This document shows, piece after piece, positions 33,600 through 46,521 of a stretch of 64,000 bases of DNA. Source of the DNA: Chara braunii. Taxonomy: Eukaryota; Plantae; Charophyceae. Positions within the stretch are counted from its first letter, which is position 1. Every line of letters begins with the position of its first letter. Under the pieces are notes generated by a model. The model was given only the letters and a program-made list of their open reading frames with translations, was not told the origin of the DNA and did no database searches. The position numbers were made by a program, and so were the translations under genes. The DNA is taken from assembly GCA_003427395.1 (NCBI GenBank), contig BFEA01000016.1:325194-389193 (forward strand). The letters run 5' to 3'.

Positions 33600-36310
33600 C
33601 TTCCCTTTGAGTAGGGTTATGATGCCAAGGTGCGGACTTGTCGACGCTGTGTTTTTTAATGTCAGTGTGGGGAAGCAATGCTCAGTGGCAAGGCGGCAGC
33701 GGCACTTCGGTGGGGATGTGTTGCCGGACTGACGGTGTAGTGGCATCAGGGTCTCGCTAAGGGGAGGTGCTGTTCGTTTGGCGGCACGACAACGGTGATG
33801 TTTTTTTAGCGAGGATATGCTGCTAAAATTTTGACACGGCAGTGGCACTTCGATGGGAACTGTTGCTAATTCATTTGATACAGTAGCGTGGTACCGATTT
33901 TGACGGCGCGGCGAGAGGCAATTCCGTTTTTTGTAGTGCGCAGCGGTTATGGTGAATTCCAGTGCGGCCTAGAGGTTGGTCTAGCACTAGTGCACGTTTG
34001 GGATCTTGTGGTAGTGGTGCGTGGGCCGGCGGCATGAAGAGAGTGTGGAATGAGTGCATGCGGCAGTAATTATTGAGGATTGCGGCACATGCGGTTTTGA
34101 GCCAGGGCCACCTTTCTTTTTTTTGCGGCGCGCGGTGCGAGCCATTTTAAGTTCAGGACAATTTGGTGTTGCGAACGATGGTATAGGATTGCATTGGGAC
34201 CATCTGGGACGATTTTGGGACCAGGTGAGACTGATTTTGAGATCGGGACGGACGAGTTGGTGTGGCTATTGTGAGCGGACGTAGTGATTGGAGGCGGCGT
34301 GGACTTACAATTGGTTGGGGAATATCTTTGGTGGATAAAGTGCAGTGGGACTGTGTTAAGACAGTTTGGGACATTGAGACCACGTGAAAACTCATTCGTG
34401 GGAACACGCTCCTGGAGGGCTATCTCTCTTGAGTTTTTTTGTGGTCCAACCTCTGTTCTTTTGAACACTATTCTTTTGAACAGTTCAGAGAGGACGCGGA
34501 CCGTGATTCAGGAGAAAGACCACAACTTGTGGAGTTGTGAGCCACATATTTTCATATTCTACGACGGTCATTTTCTTTTGATTGCATATTACTCGAGTTT
34601 TTTTAGTGAGCCGGATCAAACTTCACTCAAGGTCAGTTAGTTGAATGACTCAGATTTTCCTTCACACATGTGTGAATCCGCACTTTGCTTGGCCCTGTTT
34701 GTTTTGAATGTTCGAAAGAAAAGATAAAGTTGTGCAAGTCATGCATGTGAATGGAAAGGTCTGACTCGAGTATGAGATTGTACTGTTTTCATTGAACTTT
34801 TTGTCTTTGCGTGTTGTGGAGGTACGTAGAAGAATGTTTGCAAAGGGGGTTGATTGTGTCTATGTGGGATGATGAAAAAGATTGTCGTCTTTCTACTTAT
34901 CACCTGCCCATTTATCAAAATGGCATGTGTTTTGAATGTCGTTAATCCAATATGTGTAAAAAAAAAAAATGGATTTAAATAAAGAAAACAATATTGAATT
35001 AGGCTTAGAGTTTTTCCGAGGATTGAACCTTCATATCCCGAATGACCTTATTTACCTATGCCTGACCAAGTGGTTTTCATTTTCTATTTCCTTTGACTTT
35101 TTTCGTCTAAGTTACCCTGAACTTAGGAGAAATGAAAATAATTGAAAGCAACTTACGGTGGACACATTCTCTTTTCTTCAGGAAGCATCTGGGGCGGGGG
35201 TTCGTTGCTTTAGCAGTCGGCCCTTTCATAGACCCTGAGTGGACTGTTCTACGGGGGGGTACTTGCCGATTCGGTGGAGACGGCTCGACTTCTGAGATTC
35301 GAGTTTTGTACTCGAGCGAGGAGGAGGAGCACCCCAGACCACTTCCTAAGGGAAGAGGCATGCAACACTTCAAGCAATGCACCTGATCAAGAGTCGTTAC
35401 TAACGCAGCTTGTCATCCAAGGAAGATTTGAAGTGTATAAAGATATGCGTATGTGTGTTTAATCTTAACTCGGCGGTAGGTTTAATAAATAACTTTGGCA
35501 GTGTGTCGAATCAAGTCAAAACTAAGGCAGACCGATTACCTTGTCGGTTGCACCAATGTTATTGTCGGTAGCCAACTCCTTATTGATGGTTGTATGATTG
35601 TTTTGTGAAGTTCGACCCGAAGTGGTGGGATTTAATTTCGATCTTGTGTTATTAGATGTACCATATGATGATTCAAATTCTTTTAGTTATTATTTTAGGT
35701 TGGATATGCGTTTTATCGACTACAGTCGATTTCTTTTTATATAATAATGTGTGTCTAAGGGACTAGGATTAATATTGAGTTTCACTCTTGGTTGAGACCG
35801 TCCTAGTCGATCGACGTCCGCTTTGTACTTAGGAGATCAGCGCCATAAGGGACGGATGGCGTTCGGGTCCACTTGGCGTTAACCAAGCGTATGTATACTA
35901 TAACGAATGAGCAAATGCCCTCGGTTGGCCTACCTCTGCTATTGCATTTAAAAACTTTCGCATGTGGGTCAATAATCGGTAGGGATACGCCCCTAAGGGT
36001 GGTGACAGCCCTTTAGGAAAGGTAAGTTGTGTCGCACAGGAACCTATCATGTCGTAGGGGATTGCGGGAAGTACAATTGGCGCAACCAACTAGAGCGGCG
36101 AAGGAACGACGCGACCACGACCGCCTCGGTGGATCGCGGGATATTTTGAGTCGTTCCCAAGTTGTCTTTTTTGTTTAATTTTTGCTTAAGTCTCGCCTGA
36201 CATGGTCGGAAGTGCTCCCGCCTCTTCGCGAGAAAAGGCGGGGGCCGATGCGCTCGACACCGTTCGTGTGCACCATGTCGATGGCAAGGGTCGAATACAT
36301 CTGGCTAGGC
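33600..36310 (+). pseudogene. Unidentified coding repeat family, copy B
   Basis: Colinear with the reverse complement of 61340-63900; shared peptides include LGRG(F/L)VAL...PEWTVLRGG and CNTSSNAPDQES. Confidence 0.7.
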
Positions 36311-37804
36311 AACTTTATTAAAAAAAAATATAAATATAATAATACTAATAATTCTCCTTTTTCTTTCGTTTCTTAGCCACATAGCTGGTAGCGTCCTACA
36401 CAAGGGAATGTACCCAGTACTCGACTGTGGACATTGGTTGCAGTGACTACCATCCGCCGTCTGGTCGGGTCGAGTGGTAAAAGGTCATGCTCTCCCACAA
36501 CAAGGTTGATGGAGTTTCGATTTTGACATCAGGCCGTTGTGGGATCAGGCCCTATCAGGCACTGCGTTATCATCGAAGGGAAGCAACGGACGAAGAAAAA
36601 GACGAAGGTAAGAGAAGAAGGCGGGAAGACGAAGACGAAGGAGAGAGTAGGTATGCCGGGAGTAAAAAGTCGATATCTCACCCGATTCTCAATGGAATCG
36701 AGAGAGGTAAAGTGATACATAGGGAATTTAAACACGGACGAGCACGATCCTAATGTTAGTTTTGTTGTTTGATGTAAAGAAGAGGGGTTAGAAGAGAAAT
36801 GGTGTGCGCGGAGGAATCGAGTCGAAAGGATAAGAGTAGAAAAGAACGGGAGTGAAAATTGTGGATCTCGCTCGTTCCTTGATGGATTGGAGCGAGAAAA
36901 TTTGCTAAATAGGGGGTTCAGACTATTCCGAGTTGATTTCCCCCTCAAAATTTGATTCTGTGCGGCGGATTTAGCGTTGTCAAGGGTAGGGGCTGCACAT
37001 GAAAAATAATGACGTATCTTTCCCTCGTCTAGCGGAAGATTCATTTTCATTTCGCACATTTGGCGAGAGGTAGTCTTCATCCTTCTTCGTGCTTATGATC
37101 CTCCTCATCGTGCTTACCATAGCCACCTTTGCTCGCAGTTGTCTCTCCTCATTCGCGGTGGTCGCCATCATCGTGCAGCTTGCCTTCGAGGTACTCATGC
37201 TCGTGTTGTTGCCCGTAACTTCTTTGCTACTGCTCCTTTGCTAAGGTTGGCCTGCCTTGCCTGCACTGCTTCTGAGTTCGCACTCATCTGGCTTAGTGTC
37301 TGTCCAGGTTTACTTGTGGTTGTTTCATTTAGTTATATGGCCACAATTCTGGGTGTATCTGAACATGACCGCCATAGTGGCCATGTGCATTGAAGAGAGT
37401 GAGATCAGAAAAATCTGGAACCGGTCGAGGGAACAAAGAGAGCAGAACGAGAAACAGGTGAGAAATGTGAGTAAAAGGGAAGAGCAAATTCGGAAAGGCC
37501 GTGGGGAGGATGAAGAGGAGGAGGACATGTTCGTTGTATGTGATAACGTACCTTCCCCTTATTCTAGCGGCATATTCATTCTAGTTCGTGAATTGGATGA
37601 GTACCGGTTATAGCGGAGTAAAATCCACATTCATGTTTGCTAATCTGCGTGGTCGACGTTTTTGCATAGTCCTGTTCGACCTCGCTGTAATCATCACCCT
37701 CGAACGCCCGCTCGTCACTGCAGTCCGGGCCTTACCTTAGTTGAGGTTGCACTTGCCCTTATTCCCGAGATCATGCACGAGTAGGAACGATGAGTTGTAC
37801 ACAC

Positions 37805-37892
<88 letters not shown>

Positions 37893-39854
37893 AGAGAGGG
37901 TTCACCCCGATATGGGGAGCAACGTACCAGCAATACGGGAGAACAGAAAGGTGAGCCACTATGTGCACAGATCCCGGCGCAGAGTTTTTATTATCATTTT
38001 GCACTTTTGGTGAGAAGATGAGTCTGGGGTCGTCATCGAAATCACTGAAGCCATCTTGTTCGTTGCAGTTCCTCTGATTGTGCTCGCCCTCGTTGTCAAC
38101 GAGCAGGAGGTTGCCTTCATCACGAGTATCATTATGTTGTTTGGATTTTCAGCTGTTAAAACCATGTCGCCGCTAGGTTTGTTATAAGTTGTATGAGCCT
38201 GGCCGGGTGCGTTGCATAGAAGGAGAGTTGGGGGCGTAAAAATAAAAGCAGGAGGAGGACGAACCCGACGTGATGGAGGATGAAGTGAAGGTAGGATGGT
38301 TACGACGAGTGAAGAACTGGGAGCCGATGGGAAGGCGGAGATGAATAGGATAGGAGGAGAAACGGGATACAAGGAGATTGATGGAGTTGAGAAGGAATCT
38401 ACCAGATGGCGGTCGAAAGTGACAGTACTGATTGTACTGATGCTCACACGGTGGCGGATCATGACAACGTATTTTTTCATGTTCAAAGGGAAGATTAATT
38501 CTTTTTTTGTGTTTTTCACATTTTGCTTCGTCGCTCACGGTCGTGCTTATCTTCGCGCTGTTGTTTATCGTTCTCCTGCTATAGCCACCTCCAACGGTCA
38601 TGCTCATTATCTCCATCTGTGCCGAGGTTCACGCTAAAAAACGGACAATCTTCGGGGTCTTGTTCCTTCCTCTTTGGAATTAGATTTATGTTGCTTAGAT
38701 CGTTGGTGCTGACTGTTTCGTTTTGGTGGTGTTGCTTCACTCGTCAGCGGGGGATGGCGAGCAGCCAGTTTGGCGGGCCAAGCAAAGAGAAGGTATAGAG
38801 AAGGAAAGAAAAGCACGGGTGTGGCCACAAAGGTTGTGTTTGTTGCTTTGTCCCACGTGACATCTGCTACCAGCAACGGTCTTACTCATTACCTCGTTTT
38901 CGTCGTGTCTGTGGTGGTCACCCTTGTATGCAAAACCAGTTGTTCAGTTGACTTGTCTTCAAGCGTGGGTGTTGCGCTCATAGTGTGCAATCCGGTGGTG
39001 TTTGGAAAGAGCAAAAGGCAGGGGTGAAGAGCAAGAGGAGAAGATTGTCATTATGACGCTATATCTTCCAATGTTCTAGCGAAAGATTCGTTCCTAATTT
39101 GCACATCTGGCGAGTACCGGAGTTGGGTTTGTTACTGCTGTCAGGACCGCCACCTTGTTGAGCTTCTTACTAATACCCTTCATCTCGAAGATGTGTGTTT
39201 CCCTCTGCAGTACTGAGCTTCTCAGAGGTGCACTCCATCACAATGTTGGTACTCAGTCTGGTGGTTGTCGCCGTAACGAACTATCTTCATAATGCTCCTC
39301 ATAGTACGTAATCATGATGTTCGTGAGTGTGCCAACTCATCTGATGAGACGAAGGAATGCAGTGGTGACAACCAGGCTTCAAAGTGCTACTTTGGAAAGA
39401 GAGATATGAGTGATAGAGAGACTACCTCAGCCGGGGCCCTCAAGCGTGTCAAGGTATCAATACCCTCTCACACGAGGCTGAGCGCACCTCTCTTCGATCT
39501 GAGTGACTTAACTTTTCTTCTTCTGCCCTTCTCACTCTCAGTCTAGTCTTTTGGTTCAGAGAGGAGGCGGCATGTGGGATTGAAACCCGTAATCCGTGCC
39601 AAGGCCTCTGTAGTAGGTTCGCCCCACCGATTGTGGGAGCTCTGTCGGGCGGGACCTTGGAGGCAATGGACTTTGAGATAGGCCAACACGATCTCTCTTA
39701 AGATCCCTTATACCCCTACGTATACCACTCTTCATTCAGTTGAACTAAATTTTTACTTTTTGTATATTTTCTTGACTTTAACTAAATCATAGAGAATTTA
39801 CTATGTTTGTTTAAATTTATCTGCCTGAAATGAAATCCATGATTTTTGCTTGAG

Positions 39855-40605
39855 ATAATTTAAATGGGCTTGGAGATGAAGTCCTCTTGACTAATCCGGT
39901 CGCTTTGCTCGTTTGCCTAAGACATTGAAATGGAGCTGGAGATGAGGTCTTTCTGACTGATCCGGTCGCTTTGCTCGTTTGCCTAAGACATTGAAATGGG
40001 GTTGGAGATGAGGTCCTCCTGACTGATCCGGTCGCTTTGCTCGTTTGCCTAANNNNNNNNNNNNNNNNNNNNNNNNNNNNNNNNNNNNNNNNNNNNNNNN
40101 NNNNNNNNNNNNNNNNNNNNNNNNNNNNNNNNNNNNNNNNNNNNNNNNNNNNNNNNNNNNNNNNNNNNNNNNNNNNNNNNNNNNNNNNNNNNNNNNNNNN
40201 NNNNNNNNNNNNNNNNNNNNNNNNNNNNNNNNNNNNNNNNNNNNNNNNNNNNNNNNNNNNNNNNNNNNNNNNNNNNNNNNNNNNNNNATTGAAATGAGGT
40301 TAAAGACAAGATCTTCCTCACTCATCCGATTGCTTTGCTCGTTTGCCTAAGACATTGAAATGGGGTTGGAAATGAGGTCCTCTAGACTGATCCGGTTGCT
40401 TTGCTCGTTTGCCTAAGACATTGAAATGAGGCTGAAGATGAGATTCTCTTGGCTGATCTGGTCGCTTTGCTCGTTTGCTTAAGACATTGAAATGGGGCTG
40501 GAGATGAAGTCCTCCGTACTGATCCTGTTGCTTTGCTTGTTTGCCTAAAACATTGAAACGAGTTTGAAAATGAGGTCCTCCTGATTGGTCCAGATACTTT
40601 GCTAA
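39855..40605. repeat. 66-bp tandem repeat spanning an N-gap
   Basis: GACATTGAAATGGGGCTGGAGATGAGGTCCTC..GACTGATCCGGTCGCTTTGCTCGTTTGCCTAA units on both sides of gap 40053-40287. Confidence 0.9.
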
Positions 40606-41869
40606 GTCAATAAGTTAATAAAAGGTCTGACTTTTCTGCTTGTGAGAATGGTCTAGGCTAATGTGTTAAGGATTGCATGAGGTTTGATTGAGAACAACTT
40701 TGAAAGTTAATCAACTAAGTAAGATACAAAATTTTTGTCTTTGAACCAGGACAAGCAGAAAAGAAAAAACTTTGGATGAACGTACCATTGTTTTTGAACT
40801 GGATGCATGAGTTGTTGACATGACATGCTTGCCAGCAATGCCTTATCTATTGTTCAAGCTCTGTCTGTTTTTGCTGCTTAGTAGGTAGTCTGTTTGTGTT
40901 CGTCATGTGCTGGAGTTATAGGAGTTAGTTTAATTACTGTTTTTTCTAGGATCATTTATTTTACTTAGCTCTGTATAAATTTTTGGAAAGTTACTTTTCG
41001 AACGGGAAGCGCTGTCAAAATTTCCACAAAATCAAGCACTTGGTCAAATTTTATCTTTCAAAATTTGACTTTTGTTCGAGGTTTATATGTGGCTGAGATA
41101 AAATCTTAAAACCCTACTTTTTTAGGGGAGGTATTGCCCAAACATTTACTAAATCAGGGAGTTAGACAAAATTTGACTTTGTATAGTGAGAGTTATTTCT
41201 ACGTTTAATATTTAATCTTGTATAAGTTTTGAAAAGACACTTTTCCTAGAAGAAGCGCTGCCGAAATTTTTTTCGTTTTGAAGAGTTAGATTATATTTTG
41301 GTAAGAGAAGTTTTGTCGATTTACCCTATATAGGAGAGATGCTGCCAGATTTCTTATTTTTATCTGAAAATCATTTGGGAGATAGATCTAAGATCTAGTT
41401 TTTGTAAGAGAAGTTTTGCCGCTTCACCCTCTATAGGGGAGATGTTGTTAGATTTATCATTTTTTTCTGAAATTCATTTGGGAGATAGATCTAAGATCTA
41501 GTTTTATGAGATTTTGAGTGAGATGTAATATGGGGATTTATTCTACATACACTTAAAAGTTAAAGTATTTGAGATTTGGTCTGTGTTGTGTAACAGGTCC
41601 TTTACGATCTGACCAGTTCAGAGCGATCATACGAGGATTTTCTTTTATTATCTTATTGATAACATATTGGTTGGTTGATCGTCGATTCATCAGCTCATAA
41701 CACAACTTTGTTTATACCTTTACCTCAACTTTATGCCTTAACCCTGAGTTTTGATATGTTTCTTTAAGAGTTTTAACTAAACTTCTTTTAAATGACCACT
41801 ATAAACGACTGCAGATTTTGTTATGGAAGGTTGAAAAATGGTTGAGGCTTGAGTGTATAAGGCGTGGTG

Positions 41870-42369
41870 TGAGGTACAAGAAACAGTGTCAACACCCTTC
41901 CCCATGAGTGCCTCATATATTGGCGCCAGCCTGCTCTCTAAGCGCTCTCCCATCCTACTCTCCAATTCTTCTCTCTCTTTCTTCAATCGTTGCATTTTCT
42001 CCTCCTTCTCCAAGCATTTCTTCTCACGCTCCTCAGGTTCACGTTGATCATGTTCCTTGCGCTCAGCTTACCAACAAACGCATTACACTTGTCTAAAATT
42101 TGTTGATTACGCGTCCACCACCCGGTGCATGGCGCCGCCGCATTTGCAATGTCAGGTGCCGTCGTCGCCGTCCGGACGGCCTGCGTTGCCGGAGCTGGTA
42201 GAGCTAAGATGGGCTCCGCGTTAGCCCCCGTTGCCACGGAGGGTCTCGAATATCCCGTACGTGGGTGCGGGCATTTCCGCGACCAGTGACCAAGCTGGCC
42301 ACAATTCAAACAAGCACCCCTCACCGGCGCCGCCATGACTAGAGGAGGAAGTTGGAAAACGAAAGATAA

Positions 42370-42446
<77 letters not shown>

Positions 42447-42474
42447 CAGAAGAAGGAACTGTCTACGTTGACTN

Positions 42475-42540
<66 letters not shown>

Positions 42541-43260
42541 AGAGAGCAGAAGAAGGAACTGTCTACGTTGACTTAATATGAACTGTAACGTAGCCACTCA
42601 TCCGTAATACGATTTTTACGGCGGTTACGACGCGAAAAGCTGGTGAGAACAAAGTCCAAACAACCGAATTTCAAATACAATAGAGAAGGGAAGAGGAGGG
42701 GGGGGAGGAGAGAAGGGGAGGAGGAAGAGGGAGAGAGAGAGCGAAGAGGAGAGACGAGTCCCGAAATTCCCGAATGCGACCAAATGGCTGTAAAAGAATA
42801 ATCGTCAACAACTCAGCCAAATACATCGAAAGATAAGAGTGAATATCAAGGTGCAGCGACCCTACGCCGCGTTTGAATCGGCCGCCAGAACCGGTACTCA
42901 TCAGGGGTCTTACAGTCGCATGGAAAGGGACTGGAAAATAGACTCCAAAGTTTAAGTAGGGATTCAACCACCGAATGTTGTCGTCAACTTCCTAGCAGAA
43001 CCCAGGTAGATAGAAATAGACTACAAAACAAGCCAGCGAAAGTATTCAGTTAGGAAACTAGACCAGATACAGCTTAAAGGAAGAGACGTCCAGGCCGAGA
43101 AGAGACCAGAAGAGGACCATCTCCTCCCGACACCCGGACAACCCGGCACCGACCAGAAAAAGACAAAATGCTCCGCCACTTGCTTGGACAGCCAACTGTA
43201 CCCCACAAGTAGTCCAGACCAGAAAAGGCGCCCCGTCAGATATCGGGAAAAAACGTTTTT
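41870..43260 (-). mobile_element. Penelope-like element 5' fragment: CCHC/coiled-coil ORF1 with an upstream hammerhead-bearing region
   Basis: ORF from 42336, MAAPVRGACLNCGQLGHWSRKC, followed by a frameshifted charged coiled coil. The architecture matches ORF1 of the element at 54279-55641, and a same-strand hammerhead lies at 42858-42909. Confidence 0.6.
42858..42909 (-). ncRNA. Degenerate type I hammerhead ribozyme
   Basis: GACCC-CUGAUGA-[stem II]-cAAA-CGCgGCGUA-GGGUC. Stem I is 5 bp, stem III is near-palindromic (ACGC/GCGU) and the cleavage triplet is GUA; the core G12 is missing. Confidence 0.65.
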
Positions 43261-43435
43261 CAGTAACACAAAAACAAACAAGAAAAACAAAAAACAACAA
43301 GCACGGAATAGACAAAAAAATCAAAAAAATCTAACAGATCTAAAAGTTAACCCTTTCCGAAAAAATTGTGAATTCTCCCCTTGATACCCCTGCTCCTGCC
43401 CTCCAGGGTCAAGTCCCCCCATCCTATCAAGCATT

Positions 43436-43603
43436 TTTGGCCCGGCCGGGCAAGTGGACCCGGGCCACTCTGGTAGCCTAGTTTTTTGCAGAATACTTTG
43501 ATTTTTTTTGAATTTTTATTTTTGCTGAGACCTACTTTGGCCCTTGCACGGCCGGGCCGCCCGGGAAAACAAGGTCAACCGGGCGGCCCGGCTGGTAGCC
43601 TAG
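43436..43603. repeat. Rearranged ends of the CTAGGCTACCA TIR element
   Basis: The right end of the 14533-14823 family is followed directly by an inverted copy of its left end. Confidence 0.7.
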
Positions 43604-43860
43604 AAAAAAGTAAAATAAAAATAAAAATAAAATGTAGCAGTGTATATTTCCATGTTCTGCCTGCAGATTCATTCTGATTTGCTCATCCTAGACATACACA
43701 CACACAGACAGACATTGCCACGCTTCACCAAATGAACAAAATGGGATTGAATCTTCTGCTAGAACATGGAAGTATCTACTGCCAAAGAACGAAAATGTCG
43801 GAGTGTATATTTCCATGTTCTAGTGACAGATTCGTTCCCATTTTGCTCATCCTATGGATG

Positions 43861-43911
<51 letters not shown>

Positions 43912-44041
43912 CCTCTCTGACAGCTCCTTAGTCAATACTCACACCGAGATCTCTTTTCAATGTATCTGACCGCAGTTACGGGCATACTGACTTCTGGGAC
44001 CTCTTGGGACATACTCACACTGGGACTTCGGGCAACTTAGG

Positions 44042-44080
<39 letters not shown>

Positions 44081-44082
44081 CC

Positions 44083-44340
44083 CGTCGGCTAGCTCAGTAA
44101 GTTTTCATGCCTAAGCGGCACCGCGTAGGTGCTGGGTTGTATTCCCGTTGCCGTCACTTTCAGTGGTCTTAGAAGGATTGGTGGCCACGGCCAGTCAACA
44201 CTGGTAACTCGCTGGGGCGAGTTGTGCCGCCCTGTAACCGGGAGCATCGGGCCAAGTGGAAGTGGCTGCTCAGGTCCTGCTGCGGCCGGTCGGGACACAC
44301 CTAATACACATCCACTAAAAGAGCTCCCAGGTTGAGTTCT
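44083..44340 (+). mobile_element. Possible tRNA-derived SINE
   Basis: A-box-like GGCTAGCTCAGT and B-box-like GGGTTGTATTCCC at tRNA-like spacing. Confidence 0.35.
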
Positions 44341-44399
44341 CAGTCAGAATCTTTTTATTTTTTATTTTTTTATCAATGAGAAAATTGAGGACGGGGTCC

Positions 44400-45846
44400 T
44401 CACAGTCTACCCGGATGAACCGAACAGATGATGATGATTGTAGTGATGGTGATGATTGTAAAACAGAAGATTAATCTATCAAAAGATCACAGAAAACTAT
44501 ACTATAACATCAATCCTGAGTTTACCACCCCTAAGCAACTCCTCGCCAGCTATGAGACACAACCTCCATGAGAATAACATCCAAGCAAGGATCAACCATA
44601 GTTCTCATGTTCTCGCCGCCTAGACTATTACCCTACCAACCCCTGCACATCCCTGCAAAACCCCCCCTAGTCTTCTTCTTCTCGCGACGAGCCGACCTCC
44701 TCCACCACATAGCTCGCAAGATGAAGAACAGTAGTCAGATGGGCTTGCATGGTCCCACGACGAGTAGTAGGTTGTTCTGGCAGCTCAACCCCGTACACCA
44801 CTAGATTACCTTCCACCCTCGACAATCCCCGTATCTCTATGCAAGGCCTAGCACTCCTACTACCTGCAGGTTACAGGGCAACGCCCCGGCATTGGCCAGC
44901 GTCGTTCTGGGATCGGTATACCAGGTGCACAGAACCAGACAACTCTGCTAATGACAGCCTGGATTTTACCATCTCTTGGAATACTGTACCTCATGACAGG
45001 AAACCAGAAGTCACCAGGGGTGAAAGGACAGGACGTTTGATATAGCATTCAGATGATAAGAAAAGGAAAAATCTCCCCCCTCCCTTCCTTCCTCCATTTC
45101 CTCAATTCCCATGTCCCATCATTGCCTCCGCTGAAGAAAAAAGACTAATTAATCCTTCCTCCTGCTCCAACTAGGTACAGTCCCACCTCATCTCCCCATG
45201 GGGATACAGTTCCCACCCAAAGTATACCACTGCTGGATCCTGGTCCAGCATCCCCTCAAATTCTTATTTCGTAAAAAATCTGGAGATAAAAATTCATCAT
45301 GCTTTTTTTTCCACCTACGATTACAACCACAGGAACAAGACCAGCAGTACCCTTCAAGCCAGGAACAAGGAGCCGTTCAACCGGAACCCCTGAGATGGCC
45401 CAGTCGGCTGCCACCTCCAATCAGAAAAACACCAGCTTGAGCCAAAAAACTGGCTACAGCGGACCTTGACATTTGATCAATAAATGTCAACGGCCTGGTG
45501 CAGCCAAATGAACAAAAAAAAAAATGCTCTGTGGAAAATGACAACACAAGAGATGGTGGGAAAGTGGCCTGATGTCATTGCAGTACAAGAGACCCATCTG
45601 ACGGACTCCCCCCCCCATCAAGATAGAGCAGCCAAGTTTGGCCATATACAGCCTATGCAGCCCTGACGAGATCCTCTGCCTCGACTAGGGTAGCCATATA
45701 TGGCTCCCCCCTTCGTCAAGCCTCACCCCCATTCAGGCTGAATAGGACAGAGTCGATGGAAGGTGGATTTGATCATCATAGCTGACATTCATAATTACGA
45801 TGCTTATCAGGGTTGAGACCCTCAATTTCATGATATTTCCAGAGGC
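44400..45846 (+). mobile_element. LINE fragment including the start of the APE endonuclease
   Basis: SINVNGL (~45479), PDVIAVQETHL and GVAI; frameshifted and truncated by the TTAA element. The left boundary is uncertain. Confidence 0.65.
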
Positions 45847-45850
45847 TTAA

Positions 45851-46490
45851 ACCACCAGTACCTTGCTCAGATATCAAGTCCGAGGCTCGGACTACCGGTA
45901 GCCCGATCATCCCCGAGCCTCGGACTTTATTGCCGAGCCTCAGACAACCGGTAGTACACAACCGAAAAAGAAAAAAAAGAAAAAAACAACAAAACGTACA
46001 ACATTCTGCAAAAAAAAGAGAAAAAAAACAAACAAAAGAAAATCAGACAAGCCCAACGAGAATGAATCTTCCTGGATACCCCTGATCGGTATTAGCGGGG
46101 TCTATGACCAACACGGGTGTGAGTGTGAGCGCGAGTGGGTTGTGTGTGGTGTGTGGGAGAGTGTTGGCCAGAGCCTCTGCTGCTACTCGATGAAGGGTGG
46201 GGGACGATGAGAAATGGAGGCACAGCTACTGGCAGGTCTCGGTCTTTGTGTTAGCCAGACCCCCACTGGCGGCCCCAACCCTATACCCTAACCATTAGGG
46301 GCAAGGGGCAACATGAAATCTCCCCTTCACAGAGAGAGGAAACTATGCTTGCAGGGGTCCCCTCTAGATAGTCTTAGGAGTAGGTAGTGGAAGGTAAAAA
46401 GAAACAGAAGTTGAGAGAAGAATATAGAAAGAAAAAAAAAAAAAAAGAATGAATCTTCCTGGATAAGGAGGGAGATTCATTCTCGTGGGA

Positions 46491-46521
<31 letters not shown>

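Noticed and set aside
36455-36540. tRNA-like sequence (GGTCGAGTGG...GTTTCGATT)
   Set aside because: Too degenerate to fold or assign.
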